DNA from: the human T2T-CHM13v2.0 reference genome, Homo sapiens
Strand: one strand, 5' to 3'
Assembly (NCBI RefSeq): GCF_009914755.1
Contig: NC_060941.1
Length of the DNA stretch: 64,000 nt
Shown: positions 13,230 to 26,672 of the stretch, one piece after another
Layout: each line of letters opens with the position of its first letter
Position numbering within the stretch: position 1 is the stretch's first letter
Program-made: the position numbers and the translations under genes
The notes under the pieces: generated by a model
The model's input: only the letters and a program-made list of their open reading frames with translations
Told to the model about the DNA's origin: nothing
Databases searched by the model: none

Positions 13230-13442
13230 GAATGTATTTTATATGTAAAATACATACAAAATATTATTTCAATGTCTAACCAATATAAAAGTTATTAATT
13301 AGATATGTTTAACATTATTTCCTACTAAGTCTTCAAAATCTGGTGTGTGTTTTACCCTGACAGCACATCTCGGTCCAGCCTAGCCACATTTCAAGTGCTC
13401 AATATTCACATGGCTGTGGCTACCATATTTGTCAGGGCAGCA
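13230..13442. mobile_element. MER33/MER3-like hAT-Charlie DNA transposon
   Basis: CAGCACATCTC...CTAGCCACATTTCAAGTGCTCAATA...GTGGCTACCATATT. Confidence 0.7.
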
Positions 13443-14199
13443 CTAAAGCACTAAAGAACTTCTTCCTTGGAGAAGTTCTAAGCTTTCAAAATGTTTGCCA
13501 AATACATTTTATAAAATTCTTCAGAATCCATAAATAGGCAATGACACATTTAGTAAGCCATAGAATCCAACATGACATTAAAAATGAATCCCTCCACAAA
13601 AAAGAAGGTAGGCAAAATGTTCTTCAGACCAAATGGACAAATCAATTATGATTACCTAACATGCCCATTATTATTTATTAACATCCTTCATTAATACCCC
13701 CAAACCCCATCAACTGGTAAATGAATAAATGCATTGAGGCCTATCTGAACAATATCCCAATTCCTTACCATTCTTACTTCTTTTGCAAGCAGAAAAGACT
13801 CAGTATTAGCAAAGACTATTCAGATAGTTTGTTCTTATGCCAGTAGTTGTAATTTCCTGGAGGTCTATGTGACATCAATTATGTACTTCAATACCTCTCA
13901 CAAGTACTTTTCCTGTTTGGCCATTTTCTGCAGTATATCCATGCTCCCATTTTCTCTATTCTTTTATTTCTAGCCTAGACTTTTCTTTCATCCTATAATT
14001 CTTTATCCTAAAAATATTAATTTAAGGATAACATCACAAAATAGTATATTTCTTCAGATGATACTCCAAATTGATACCTAATATACAGAAATGACTATCA
14101 TGGACATAACCCACAACATGTGAAATATATGGCTCATTCTACTGACATTATAAAGGAAAGTTAATGACAACTGAATTTCCAGTCATTGTTCACCCAACC

Positions 14200-14660
14200 A
14201 GTTGCTTATAAACTGGCAAGGAATTGTAGGTATGTACGCAGTGGCTATTTTTTGGTGGAGTGTTCAGCACCTCTCCTCTTGAGAGCCCCCCTTTTCTTTG
14301 GGGACCATTTCAATGAGCACCAACTGGGCCTGACCCAACCTACCAGCCCCAGCCCTAGAGGTGATCATGATGCCCAGCTCTGGCAAAAGACTCTACCCTT
14401 GGATCATAGCAACTGTTTCAGTACTTTTTTTTTGGAATCATCAGGAAGGACTCTTGCTTTTTCTACCACTGTGGTCTGTGAGGAAAAAGTAAAGTGGGTT
14501 ATTTGTAGCACTATCTCTTGCTACAGAGAGAGAAGAGAGTCATCTTCAGAAGGAAAAAATGAGGCTAAAACAAAAGGAAAAGTGTCAAGAGAAAGAAGGA
14601 GAACATTTCTTGAAGATTTTATATAAGCCCCTGGGTCCAGCTACGCATGACAGCGACTTG
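14200..14660 (+). mobile_element. Old MaLR LTR (MLT1-type) relic
   Basis: Degenerate MLT1 motifs such as GCCCCTGGGTCCAGCT. Confidence 0.4.
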
Positions 14661-14684
14661 GGTTAAAGCTCTGTCACTTATAGG

Positions 14685-15745
14685 ATCATTGACTTAAATA
14701 TAAAATAAAGTATTAAAAGCTATGAAGTTTTAGATGGAAATACAGAAAAAAAATCTTTGTAATATTCAATTAATCAAAAAGTCTTAGATGAAGCCCCAAA
14801 AACCAAATGTACAAGAACAATTAATAAATTGGACCCCATCAAAATTAAGAGCATCTGCTATTTGAAAGATAGTGTTATGAGAACAAAAAAGAAAACTCAA
14901 GGGGAAAATACTGGCAAATCTCATATCTAATAAGGGATTTGAATCCAGAGTATATAAAGAAACTATTAAAATTTAATAATGAGAAAATAAGCAAAGAAAA
15001 AAAACAAAAAAGGGAGAAGCAAAAAAAAATGTGAACATACACTTTACCAAATATATACAGATGGCATGTAAGTATATAAAGAGATACTACATATTATTAG
15101 GCATTATGGAACCACAATAAAATATATTGTACACACATGAAAATGTCTAAAATTTTAAAAGAAGGCCCATACAAAGTGTTGGCAAGAGTGTGGAATTCTT
15201 ATATACTGCTGATAAAAATATAAAATGGTACAACCATTTTGGCAAACATTTTGACAGTCTCTTAAAACTAAACCTAAACCTATTAGCTATTACACTCCTA
15301 ATATTTACTCAAAGTTATAAGAACTTATGTACATGAATGTTCATTGCAAATGTATTTGTATAAGTCCAAAACCAGAAGCAATGCAGAAACCCATCAACAG
15401 GCAAATGGATATATAAGTTGTGACTGATCTTCACAATAGAATACTCCTCAGTCATAAAATTAATGACCTATTGATGCCTGCAATATAGCTGACTCTCAAA
15501 ATAATTATGCTGTGTGAAAGATGCCAGACACCTCCAAAAAAAGGGTCCGTACTACACTTCATTTATATAAATGTCTAGACAAGGCAAACTATTTTATAGT
15601 GACAGATTGGTGATTGCCAGGGAGAGTGGTAAGGTAGGAAGATACAGAAAGTTTGGGATTATAAAAGGGCAAGGGGAAACTTTTATGAGTGCTGGACATG
15701 TTCATTATTTTTATTTTGGTGATGGATTTGCAAGTACATATAATA
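14685..15745 (+). mobile_element. Old L1M ORF2-end/3'UTR fragment
   Basis: CATCAAAATTAA, CAAAGTGTTGGCAAG, AAATGGTACAACCA, TGAATGTTCATTGCA motifs. Confidence 0.8.
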
Positions 15746-16069
15746 AATAACACGCAATGGAAGTAGAAACAGTTTTTTTGTTTCTTTCTTAAAAAAGCAC
15801 AATTTACTTACTATTGGGATGTGTGTGCCTGTTGGGCACACAGCACAACTTTTCAAATCTTAAAATCAGACTGGATCTCAACCACTGGACCTTATTCCTC
15901 TTCCACACTGACTTTAGCACAATCCTTGCTTTCTTCGCGGTAATTAACAACACCCACCTTAAAGGTAAAGAAATGCACTTCTAACTAACTACTTTTGAAA
16001 CTATAAACTGCCTCAGCTAGTAGTTCTTAAGGTCTCCAGCAAATGTTGCTTCGTTTCCCTCGAAAATAT

Positions 16070-16235
16070 ACAGCCTGAGCAACATGGCAAAACCCCATCT
16101 CTACTAAAATTACAAAACTTAGCCAGGCATGGTGGTGCATGCCTGTTGTCCCAGCTACTCAGGGAGGCAGAGGCTGCAGTGAGCCTAGACCTCACACTCC
16201 ACTCCAGTCTGGGGGACAGAGTGAGACCCCCATCT
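16070..16235 (+). mobile_element. Partial AluJ/FRAM
   Basis: CAGCCTGAGCAACATGGCAAAACCCCATCTCTAC...GACAGAGTGAGACCC. Confidence 0.8.
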
Positions 16236-16474
16236 CGAATATACACACACACATACACAGACTCACACGCTATCCGCTGGTGCCCCTGTCAGTTAAACAC
16301 AGCATCTCAGGGCACCTTAGCACACAGTGTGAGAGCCGTGGTCCTAAACACTTCAATTAGAAGTGAAACATCTCTGGCTGGATTTTTAGAATATTTACTT
16401 TTTAATGTTTTATATTATATTTATTTTTTATGTTTTAATTAATTTATCTGAATACAAGACTCCAGACATTTGGA

Positions 16475-16920
16475 AGTAAAACAATGGAAAACATGCCTGC
16501 AAACACTAATCAGCACAAAGCTCATGTTGCTATGTTATTATTGACAGTTTAGACTTAAGCAAAGAAATATTGCTAAGATAAAAAAGATTTTACAATGTCA
16601 GTCACTAGAAAAGTATGCCAATTTTAAATATGTATAAATAAAATATCCCTTCAAATTATTTACTACAGAAACTGATATGACTAAAAGAAAAATGGACTAA
16701 TCTACAATATAGATTTTAACATACCTTTCAATTACCGATGGAACCAACAGAAAAAAATCCATAAGAGAAAGGGAGATTTGATGAACACAATGAACAAACT
16801 TGACATAAACTGACATATACAGAACGCGACACTCAACAACTACTGAATACACATCCTTTTCCAGTGCACGTATCATATTTACCAACATAGATTATACGTT
16901 GGAATTTAAAGGGACTCATC
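16475..16920 (+). mobile_element. Old L1 ORF2 endonuclease-region fragment
   Basis: CAAACACTAATC, CTAATCTACAATATAGATTTTAACATACC, GAATACACATCCTTTTCCAGTGCAC. Confidence 0.7.
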
Positions 16921-18319
16921 ACAGAGTATTCAGTCGTGGGATTTTGCCTAAACTTGTCTGGCCTTCAACAGGGTTCAAATACAGTTAAATTCTTATTTCA
17001 TCTAAAGAGTCCTATCCTTTTTTTTTTTTGGAAATTTTACCGCAACAATCTAAATTTGCATAACAACTGAACCCACCCCTTGGAACTTGAAGTTTATTCT
17101 AGCCAAAGGCAGATTAAACTGTCTAAGTAGTAATGTCCTTCAAATTGTTGTCCCCTGCTCCAGTAACGGAGTATAGCTCCAAGAAGCTAACAGACTATTT
17201 GTCCTTCATAGCATACATTCTATGTTACATCAAAACGTGGTATAAAGCCTTGAAATCAGCAGCAGAGAGAAAATGAGATCAACAACCATCTAGCCATGAC
17301 CTCACTACTTAGTAATTACGCTTTTAGCTGTCTCCTTTACTTGATTCCTAACTGCTTATTTCTGGCAGGGTAGCACTAATCTCTGACCAAGCTGACCTTT
17401 TAAGAAATGAGCAGAACGAAAAGGCTCTGCCACCAGTGATCAGTTTAACAAGCTGCAACACTAGTCACTGGCTGCATCTCTAGTCACTGGCTGCAACTCA
17501 TATTGTGGGTTTTAAGAGCTCAGAATTAACATGGAAATACTATTGACTCGAAAAGAAACCCAGAAATCTCTGGGAATCCAGCACAGATAGAAAGGGTCCT
17601 CTCAATAGTCACCACTCACACTTTGCTTTGTTTTGGTAACTATTTTATTACATACGGAGAATGTCAAAAAAGTATGCCTTTTCCTCATTGTTAATGCTAA
17701 CCCTAAAATGGTAAGGCTCTTGCAGGTTGAAACCCCCAGGCTCTCACTGGCCTTTCAGCAGAAGGCAGTGAAGTCACCTGCAAAAGCGATCACCCAAAAG
17801 CTTCCAGGCTGGACAAGTTTGGACTCAGTTCTTGTAGTTCCCAAATTCACAGTTCTCTTGGGACATGGTTATTTATGGAGCTCCTGAAGATGAGAAATTC
17901 CACCCAGGAAATTCTGTTTATAAAAGATTATTCACATCTAATTATCTCAGGAGACATTAACACAGCAATGTTGAAAATCTCCCATTGTTAATCCATGGAG
18001 AAAAACTGGACAAAAATTTTTTAAAATATGAAAAGCTTCATATAATACAAATTATACTTCCACATGTGATTCAATTTCTATTCATTAATGCCAGAGAAGT
18101 TAATAATTATGAATTGCCAGTGGTTAAAAAAAAATAAATCATTCATCACTGGAGAAGTACAGAAGGTTTAAAAGAGATAAGAATTAGTTTTTGGCTTTGG
18201 GGCGTTTTATGCTTTCCAAAAGGTTTTGCTCTTTTTTTTTTTTTTTTTTGCGCATAGCTTTCTCTCTCTCTCTCTCTCTTTCTTTCTGATTTCAGTTTCT
18301 TTTGATTTCTCCTGCTTAG

Positions 18320-18771
18320 AAATGGTGAGAGAACTTTGGATGTGGAATGTGGAGTAGGAGGAACACGAAGTGGGGATCTGCACTTGGGGTGGTCAGCACT
18401 GCGGATGCCCAGCAAAGGCACTGCCTGGTCCACATCCCGGAGTGGTCTCTGCGCCCGAGTCGGCATCGCAGCTGATGGTGAAACTTTTGGTGTGGCAGAA
18501 GAGTGTCCACAAACTTTGGAAGGTATCCGCTGCCTCCTCCATAGCCGTGTATCCCTGCCGAGGGCGATCATCTCCGGGAGCCGAAAGTCCGGCTCATGGG
18601 CCAGGGCTGGCTGGCTGGAGCCACTTGCGCGGCGCAGCCCTGGCGGAGGTTCAGGCGGCCCCGGTGTCGCAAGCGGCTGTGAGTGATGCCTCCTTGGTGC
18701 CGGAGGGGTCCCAGGAAGTCTGCAGACCAGGGCTGACCAGCGGGCAGCATGGTGGCCGCGATGGAAGGTGA
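18320..18771 (+). ncRNA. FAM182: FAM182-family lncRNA exon (candidate donor at 18522/18523; retained form extends to >=18771)
   Basis: Long polypyrimidine tract plus AG at 18318-18319; frame MVRELWMWNVE*EEHEVGICTWGGQHCGCPAK...GQHGGRDGR resembles the putative FAM182 peptide as recalled; in-frame TAG at 18355-18357. Confidence 0.6.
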
Positions 18772-19310
18772 CAGGGTTCGCAGCGCCAGGGGACCCAGCA
18801 GAGCCAGAGCCCGGGCATCCCGCATCTCCAGCAGCACCGCGGGGAAGCCTGGCGCTGGTGACGTGGCAGCCAGTGCACAAGGCCCACGACCCAGTCCCAG
18901 AGGCCAGCCCATCGTCAGCTAACTTCAGGAACCCCGGGCCAGCTGAGGCCCCGGGCCCCACGGGCAAGACAAAGGGCAGAGGGTCCGCAGGCGGGGCCGA
19001 GAGCAAGCAGTGCAGGCCTGGCTCCACAACCGCGGAGCTCGCAGGGCGCAGCAGGCACCGGGCAGCAACCAGGGCTTCCAGAGGAGGCTGTGCACCCCCG
19101 CAAAGGCTCCTGCCCGGCGTCCAGCCTATCCGCGGGGACTCCACGTGCACCCCCTCCTCATTGTCCTTGTCTAGGGCCGCAGCAAGGTCCTGGCTCCCAT
19201 GGCGTGACTCTGGGGGCGCAGGAGCATGGGCTGAGCAGGTGGAGTAGGGTGAGCACCGCCAAGAACCCAGCGAGAGTGGCGCCCCAGGGCAGCACAGGAG
19301 GCCGCATTTA
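18400..19310. promoter_or_regulatory. CpG-rich island-like segment
   Basis: Abrupt GC/CpG enrichment between AT-rich flanks. Confidence 0.55.
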
Positions 19311-19473
19311 ACGTATAAATCATCTCAAAGATTTTATGGCATCTTCTTTTTTTTGACATCTTATAATATCTATAATGTCTATTATATCTTGTGATATAAT
19401 TATTAACACCACTTCATTGTGATTATTATGATTATTTTTATACCAACACATCTTCGATTATTAATATTCCCAG

Positions 19474-19620
19474 TTGCTAGAGAAAAATGAAAACGACTAG
19501 TTTTGAAAGCCTTACTTCTGCCAATGGAAGCACATTCCAGCATGTCGCCAACCCAATCCACTTTCCACCACTTTCACAAGAAACGTTACTGCACAATTAT
19601 ACTATCCTAACCTTATATAC
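19474..19620 (+). ncRNA. Putative next FAM182-like exon (3' end uncertain)
   Basis: Acceptor ATATTCCCAG|TTGCTAGAGAAA; LLEK.. start recalled from spliced FAM182 models. Confidence 0.35.
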
Positions 19621-20134
19621 TTTTTGTGTGTGTGTGTGTACTTGTATGTATGTATGTTACATATGTTATATATATATATATAAAGTATGCCAGAGATGAA
19701 CAAGTATTAGAAAGTTAAATGCACACAGGTCATGTCAGTGCTATGTATAATGTGGTGTACTAAGTATAGATGTTCAACAGTGTGGGATCCAGGCCAGAAC
19801 AAGACTCCTAGTCTTAAGCAATTCTTTCTAGGTTCAGTCTCTAGAAATAATGCTTTGTATCAAATGTGCGAGAAAATTAATGGGTTTTAAAGACTATTCT
19901 ATGTCAACTATAACATTTCATTTGGGGATTTCTGTCTCTTATAATATCTACCTCATTTTGGATGGATTCCTTGAGGGCTGGTTCATTTTTCTTTTCCTTT
20001 CTATACATCGCTGCTCAGAGTGATGAATGGTGTTGTATTTTGAATAAAATATCTAAGCATCCTTTTGTGAGCAAGGAGCATGATGGTTGGTACTTAGACC
20101 TACCATTTCTCGTTACAGTGGTTATGGTTACAGT

Positions 20135-23100
20135 GGGGCTGGGGTGTTTACCTGGAGCCTGGACGTCCACTGGGACATGATACCCACTGGGATTTTTTTG
20201 TGTCAACCTGGTCTATGATGTCCACCTGGGGACTGGGTATCCACCTAAGGCCTGATGTTTACCTGGAGCCAGATGTGCACCTGAGGCCTGATGTCTATCT
20301 GTGGCTTATATTCACCTGGGGACCGATGCACATCTGAAGCATAGGTATTCACCTGGGGCCTCATATCCACCTGTAGTATGGGTGTCAACCTTGGGGCGGA
20401 TGTTCAGCTGGCGTCCACTCTCTACCTGGGGCCTGGTGTACACATGGGGCCTGGGCATCCACCTGAGACTTGATGTTTAATATGGTCTGGAGTTTTCTTG
20501 GGACCTGTTGTACCCTGGAGCCTGGGTGTATACATGGAGCCTGATGTCCCAGGTGGACACCCAGGTCCCAGGTGATCTTCAGGCCCTAGGTGAAAACTCC
20601 AGGCTCTAAGTGGACAACCAGGCCCCAGGCTGATGTTTACTGGGGCCAGATGTCTACCAGGCCCCAGGTGAAAACTCCAGGCTCCAAGTGGACAACATGG
20701 CTCCAGGTTCCAGGTAGACACTGGAATCCAAATCAACACCAGGCCCCAGATGGACACCCAGGCCTGTGGTGGACATCAGACTCCAGAAGGTCATCTGGCT
20801 GGAAGTGGACATCAAGCCCCAGGTGGATACCTAGTCCCCAGGTAGATATCAGGCCCCACTTTGACACCAGTCCCTGGGTAGATACCTTGGCCTCAGGTGG
20901 ATATCCAGTCTCTAGCTAAGCATCAGGCTCCAGGTGGACCCAGGCCCCAGCTGACTGGGGACTAGTGTTCATATGGGGCCACATGTCCATCTGGGCCCTA
21001 GGTGTCAACTAGTAGCCTGATGTCAACCTGGGAGCTGGTGTTCACCAGAGGACTAAAGTCCTCCTGGTGGCTGATGTCCAACTTGGGACTTTGTGTCCAC
21101 CTGGAGACTGATGTCCACTTGGGACCAGATGTCCAACTGGAGCAAGATGTCCACCTGTAGCCTAGAACTTCACCTAAGGCCTGATGTTCCCCAGGGCCTA
21201 CAGGGCCTGTGTATCTACCTAGGGACTTGTGTCCAGGTGGGGCCTGAGTTCCATCTGGGGTCTGGAATTAACCTGGGACCTGATGTCCACCTGAGGCCTT
21301 GGTGTTCCTCTGGAGTCTGATATGTATCTGGGGCCTAGGTGTCCTCCTATGGTCTGATGTCCACTTGTAGGCTGGTGTCCACCTGGGGCCTGGGTGTCCA
21401 CCTAGGAACCTGATGTATACCTGAAGTCCAGTATCTACCTGGGTACTGATGTCTACCAGGAAAGTGATATAAACCTGGGGCCTGATAGCCACCTGGGCCC
21501 CGAGTGTCCACATATGTTCTGATTTCTGCTTTTGGCCTGAGTGTAGGGCCTGGGTGCCACCTGGGTCCTGATGTTCACCAGGAACCTAGGTATTCACTTG
21601 GGGCTTGCTGTCCACCTGGGGCCTAATGTCCACGCGAGACCTGGTGTTCACCTAGGGCCTGGGCAGCCACCTGTGGCCTGATGTTCAGTTGGCGACTGGG
21701 AATTCCACTAAGGCTTGATGTCCACCTGGGGCATAGGTGACCACTTGTGGCCTAGTGTTCCCCTGAAGCCTAGGTGTCAACCCAGGGCATAACGTCTTCT
21801 TGGGGCCTGCTGTCCACCTGCAGACTGGTGTCTGCATAGGGCCTGGTATCCACCTGGGGTCTGGTGTCTGCGTGGGGCCTAGTGTCCACCTGAAGACTGA
21901 GTACAGACCTCACACCTGATGTATGCCTGGGGCCTATTTATCCACCTGGGGGCTAGCATTCATCTGGCGCCTCATGTCCACTTAAGCCCTGGGTGTCAAC
22001 CTGGTGCCTAATGGCCACCAGGGATCTATGTACTCACTTGGGGCCTGGTGCTCCCATAGGGCCTAGGTATACACCTGGGGAATGATGTGCAGGTGGAGGC
22101 GGATGTCTTCCTGGGTGCTGCTGTTCACCTGGGGACAAGGGTCTCCCTGGGGACCGGTGTTTATCGGGAGCCTCATATGCACCTTGAACCTGCTGTCTAC
22201 CTAGGGCCCGATGTCCATGTTAAGGCTGGGTGTCCACCTGGGACCTGGGTGTCCACTTGGGGCCTAATGTCCACCTAAGACCTAGTGTTCACCTAGGGCC
22301 TGGGTGTCCACCTGGAGCCTGATGTTCAGCTGGAGATGCATCCACCCGAGACCTAGGTATCCACCCAGGGTCTGGTGTCGAACTGGGGCCTTATGTCCAC
22401 CGGGGGACTAGATATCTACCTGAGGCTTGATGTCCACCTGGAGCCCATATCCACCTCAGAGCTGGGTGTCCACCCAGGTTCTGGTATCCACCCGGAGCCT
22501 GGTGTTCATCTGGGGCCCAGTGCCCACCTGGAACCTGGGTATCACCATGGGGCCTGGGTGTCCACTTGGAGCGTGATGTGCACCTGGGACCTGAGTTTCC
22601 ACCTAGGGCCTGATGACCACCTGGGGTCTGATGTCTACCTGAAGCCTAGGTAACCACCTAGGGCATGGTGTTACCTGTGCCTTTATTTCCACCTGAGCCT
22701 GGTGTACACCTGGGGCCTGGGTGTCCATCTGAGGCCTGATGTACTCCTCAAGTCCAGTGTCCACTTGTGGCCTGATGTCAACTTGGAAGCTGATATCCAC
22801 CTGGGGACTGATGTTCTCCTGGGGTCTGATATCCAACTGGGATCAGATGTTCACCTAAGGCCTGGAGTTAATCTGGGGCCTGATGGTCACCAGGGTCCCA
22901 GGTGTCCACCTAGGGCCTAGTGTCCAACTAGGGCCTGATGTCCACCTGGAGTCTAGTATCCGCCTTGGCCTTGATGCTACTTGAGGCCTGGGTGTCTTCC
23001 TAGAACCTGAGTCCCCAATTGGGCCCTGATGTCCACCTGAGACCTGGTGTCCTTACAGGGTCTGATATCTACCTAAGGCCTGGGTATCCTCCTGCAGCCT

Positions 23101-23292
23101 GATGCTCACCTGTAGGCTGGTGTCCATATGGGGCCTGGGTGTCTACCTGTGAGCCTGATGTACACCTGGAGTCCAGTGTCCCCTTGGTTACTAATACGTA
23201 CCAGGAAAATGGTATATACCTGGGGCCTGATATACACCTGGAGCCTGCATGTCCACCTGAGCCCTGATGTCCACCTGGGGCCTATATTCACC
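20135..23292. repeat. Degenerate 17-18-bp tandem satellite, consensus ~GGGGCCTGATGTCCACCT, roughly 175 units, with inverted segment ~20548-20952
   Basis: Periodicity and strand switch directly visible. Confidence 0.95.
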
Positions 23293-25519
23293 CACTACCC
23301 AAAGTCAAGTCGGGAAAAGGGCCCAGAATAGGTGAGGAGCACAGGTCAAAGCCTCTCAGTCCTGCTTGTATTTCTCCAAGAGTGATCTGGAGACCAACTG
23401 CATCAGAACTGTGGGGTGAGGTCACAGCCCCTGCCTGTGAGAAGTACAGATTCCTCTTCCTGGACCAGAATCCCTGGGAACTGGACCCAGGAATTTCCCA
23501 AGATCTCTGGGGGACTCTGAGACAGCCCAAAGTATGGGAACTGCAGATTTCCTCCTGAAAAGGGAGCACTGTCTCAAGGGGTCCAGGTCACCCAACTCTA
23601 CCTTGTAGCCACCAGACCAGTCTGAGCCTTGGAGAATGCTGCTCTTTCCTCCTGGAATGCCCTTCCCAGCGTTCCTTGCCTGGTAACTCTCACACATCCC
23701 TCAAGACCCAACTCAAGGGCCACCTCCTCCTGACGTCACTCCCTGAACTTTCTCCTGTGTTTCCACTCTCCTCTTCACCAAGTGATGTTGACATTTCTAT
23801 GGGACCATCTCTCTCTAGACAAGAAACGCCTACAGTTGCAGCCCCCTGTAGTGCAATTTGTGTCAGTCTGGGGAGAGTGGATTTGGAGCCCAACCACCAT
23901 TGAGGAAAATCCGTCTGATGGACATGGCGGGTTCCAGCCCAGACGCAGGGGTCAGCGAGGGGTGATGTGACAGTGAGCACAGACCCTGGGTGGTGGTGAC
24001 AGTGGCTGTCATGGGGAGGAAAGGAATGGAAAAAGGACCTCATGGGAGCAGAAAGACAGGCCTTAGCTGCAGATGGGCCAGGACCCCACAAGGAATCCAG
24101 AACCCGCATCCTAATCCCAGCTCTGCTGTAAGTCCACAGCGGAACCCTGGCAGTGACTTTCCCCTTTCTGAGCCTCATTTTACTCATCAGTAAAATGGTG
24201 ACAATAACTCCAACTTCACCAAGGAGATGCAAGGCTCAATGAGATGATGGATCTGAAAATGCCTTGTGTTTCATGGCACAAAGGAGAGGGATTCCTGACA
24301 TGCGACAAGCACAGGGAGAGAGGAAGGATGGGGTCTGTAAATGGCCAGGTGGCAGCCCACCCCTCCACACACACAAACACCCACCGTGTCACCCACACTG
24401 GTGATTTTCCCAGGAGCTCCCCTGGCCTGGAATTAGCACTGTCAGGTGGGCAGGGAGGACTGTCGTGCCATTACAGGGGTGAGGATACAGGCTGTGGATG
24501 GTCCCACAGGGAATAAGGAGCAGGGTCTAGCTCCCCATGGCAGGCAGGGAAGATTGAAGTTGCTCCCTGGGAAGAGGAAGGGAGGCATTGACTGGCACTC
24601 CGTGATTTAGATGAGAAGCCCTGGCTCAGCCCGGTGACTTGAGCTTCCTGATGTAGAAGGTGAAGGATGCAGAGGAGACAGAGGGCAGGAGGAAGAAGAT
24701 AAGGAAGAGAGCAGCAAACTGGAGTCACTACAGGACACTAGCTGCTCCAGGCTGCTCTGTCCCATTCTAAGAGAAAAGGAAAAGTGGGAGAGGGGATCAC
24801 AGATCATGTCCAGATTTCTCACTGGCATGGATGCTGCTATGGAAACATCCCTGATGGTCCAGGTTTGTGGTGGGAGAGATTGCAACACTCTGCTTCCTGG
24901 AAATCTGTGTTTACAGCCAACACAGTTGCTGCCCGAGACAGCCCCACCTGAAAACCCCAGAGCTGCCCCAGCTTGCCAGGCTTCCCCTCCTCCTGTTATC
25001 ACCCCATGCTGCTGAGAACCTGCCTGGCAGGCTGCCCAGCCAAGGCCGGGGCCTAATCTCAAGTGAAACTGACATGTCCTCGTGAGGACTGAGGAACATC
25101 CTCTCTCCCCACAGAGCCTCACTCAGGTTCTCATCTACTTCCTTGGGGTCTGCCCCGCCTCCCTCAGGAGTTTGGAACCACATACTGTTCTGGAGGGGAC
25201 CTCTCACTGCTGCAGAACCTGTCCTCCAGGATACCCACAAGTGTTCATCTCGGTCGTGGCTAATTAACTTACCATATGGTAGTGAACTACCTTCTGGGGC
25301 CCCAATAGTTTGTTTATTTTTTAAAAATAAAATTAGTACCATTGTTTATTTTCTGAATGTACAGAAATATTTGTCTGATTATTATTTACATGCCCTTTGG
25401 GAAAACTTTATAAAATAAAAAAAGAAGGAGAATCCTACCACACAGAGATAATCACTTTAATAATTTTTCTATTCATATCTGCACATACAGGTATATATGG
25501 GATCATGCTCTGTATCTGT

Positions 25520-25875
25520 TGGGAGTGCATTAATCTGAAAGTTCAGTCACTTAAACAAAGACAGGTTCATTTTTCTTACATAGTTAGGGTATCTATGGTT
25601 CCTGGCTATGGTTCACTGGTTCAACAGTGTTAGGCCCAGCATCTTTGTGAGTCTATTGGAATTTAGTTCATGGCTGTAAGACGGCTACTGCAGCTCCAAC
25701 CACTACATGAGTTTACAAGGCCAGCAAAAGCAGTCACTTCTGTATTCTTATTAGAAAAGCAGGAACTTCAGCGGTGACCCCCAGAGGATTTCTCTTTAGG
25801 TCTGGAAATCTGTGTTTAGATTGGCCAGAACCTGATCTCATGACCATCCCTAGCAGTAGAGAATAGCATTGTCAT
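25520..25875 (-). mobile_element. MLT1-type LTR relic
   Basis: GTCACTTAAACAAAG...CATGGCTGTAAGACGGCTACTGCAGCTCCA. Confidence 0.5.
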
Positions 25876-26672
25876 GATTGACTTTGGATCAATCATAATT
25901 TATTGACTGAGAGTGCACAAGTGGTCACCCAAAGAAGATCAAGAAAGGAGGGAATTAGCAGTGTGTACTACAGCATGCATGCTATTTTATGATGTGCTCT
26001 TTCTCTTAATTGCATATTTCAAACATCTTTCCATACTAAGAAATACAGATTCAGTCATTCATTTAACAACAAATTATTGAGAGTGTACTGTGTTCCAGGA
26101 ACTTAACTTGGCATGGAGGACACAATAATGAACATAGTATACTCCTTGCCTCCATGGAGCTTAGCATCTAATGAGGGATACAGAAAGTCATCAAAGAGGT
26201 TCACAAAGAAATGTAAAATTATGATTGTAATTTGTGCTGAAAAGGAGGGAGCTGTGTGGTGTGTGAGAGCAGTGACAGGAGATTTGACTCAATCAGGAGG
26301 GTCTGTGTTCTGAATGGCCATAAGCCAGCCCCTTGCCTAGCTGTAGCACAATTATTTAGCCAATCTCTTATTGCTGGACATTTACATTCTTCCCACATCT
26401 TACCTACTATCATCAATGCAACAATAAATACCCTTCTCTAAGTACCGCTTGGCACACTTGTCTGATTATTTCCTCAGGATAAATTCCTAGGGTAAAGCCA
26501 GGCACCATGGTTCATGCCTGTAATCACAGCTACTCAGGAGGCCAAAGTGGGAGGATCACTCGTGGCCAGTAGTTCATGGCCAGCCTGGGCAGCATAGGGA
26601 AGTCTTGACTCACAAAAAAATCCTAGAAGAAATGAACAATTCTTAGATGTCAAATTGCCAAATCAAGGGGTG

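Noticed and set aside
18146-19150. 334-aa minus-strand ORF, the longest in the window
   Set aside because: GC-rich shadow frame with a non-ATG start, runs into simple repeats, no recognisable domain
20135-23292. CRISPR-like array or HLGPDV-repeat protein
   Set aside because: Contiguous degenerate monomers without unique spacers, eukaryotic context, frequent stops and 17/18-bp frame changes
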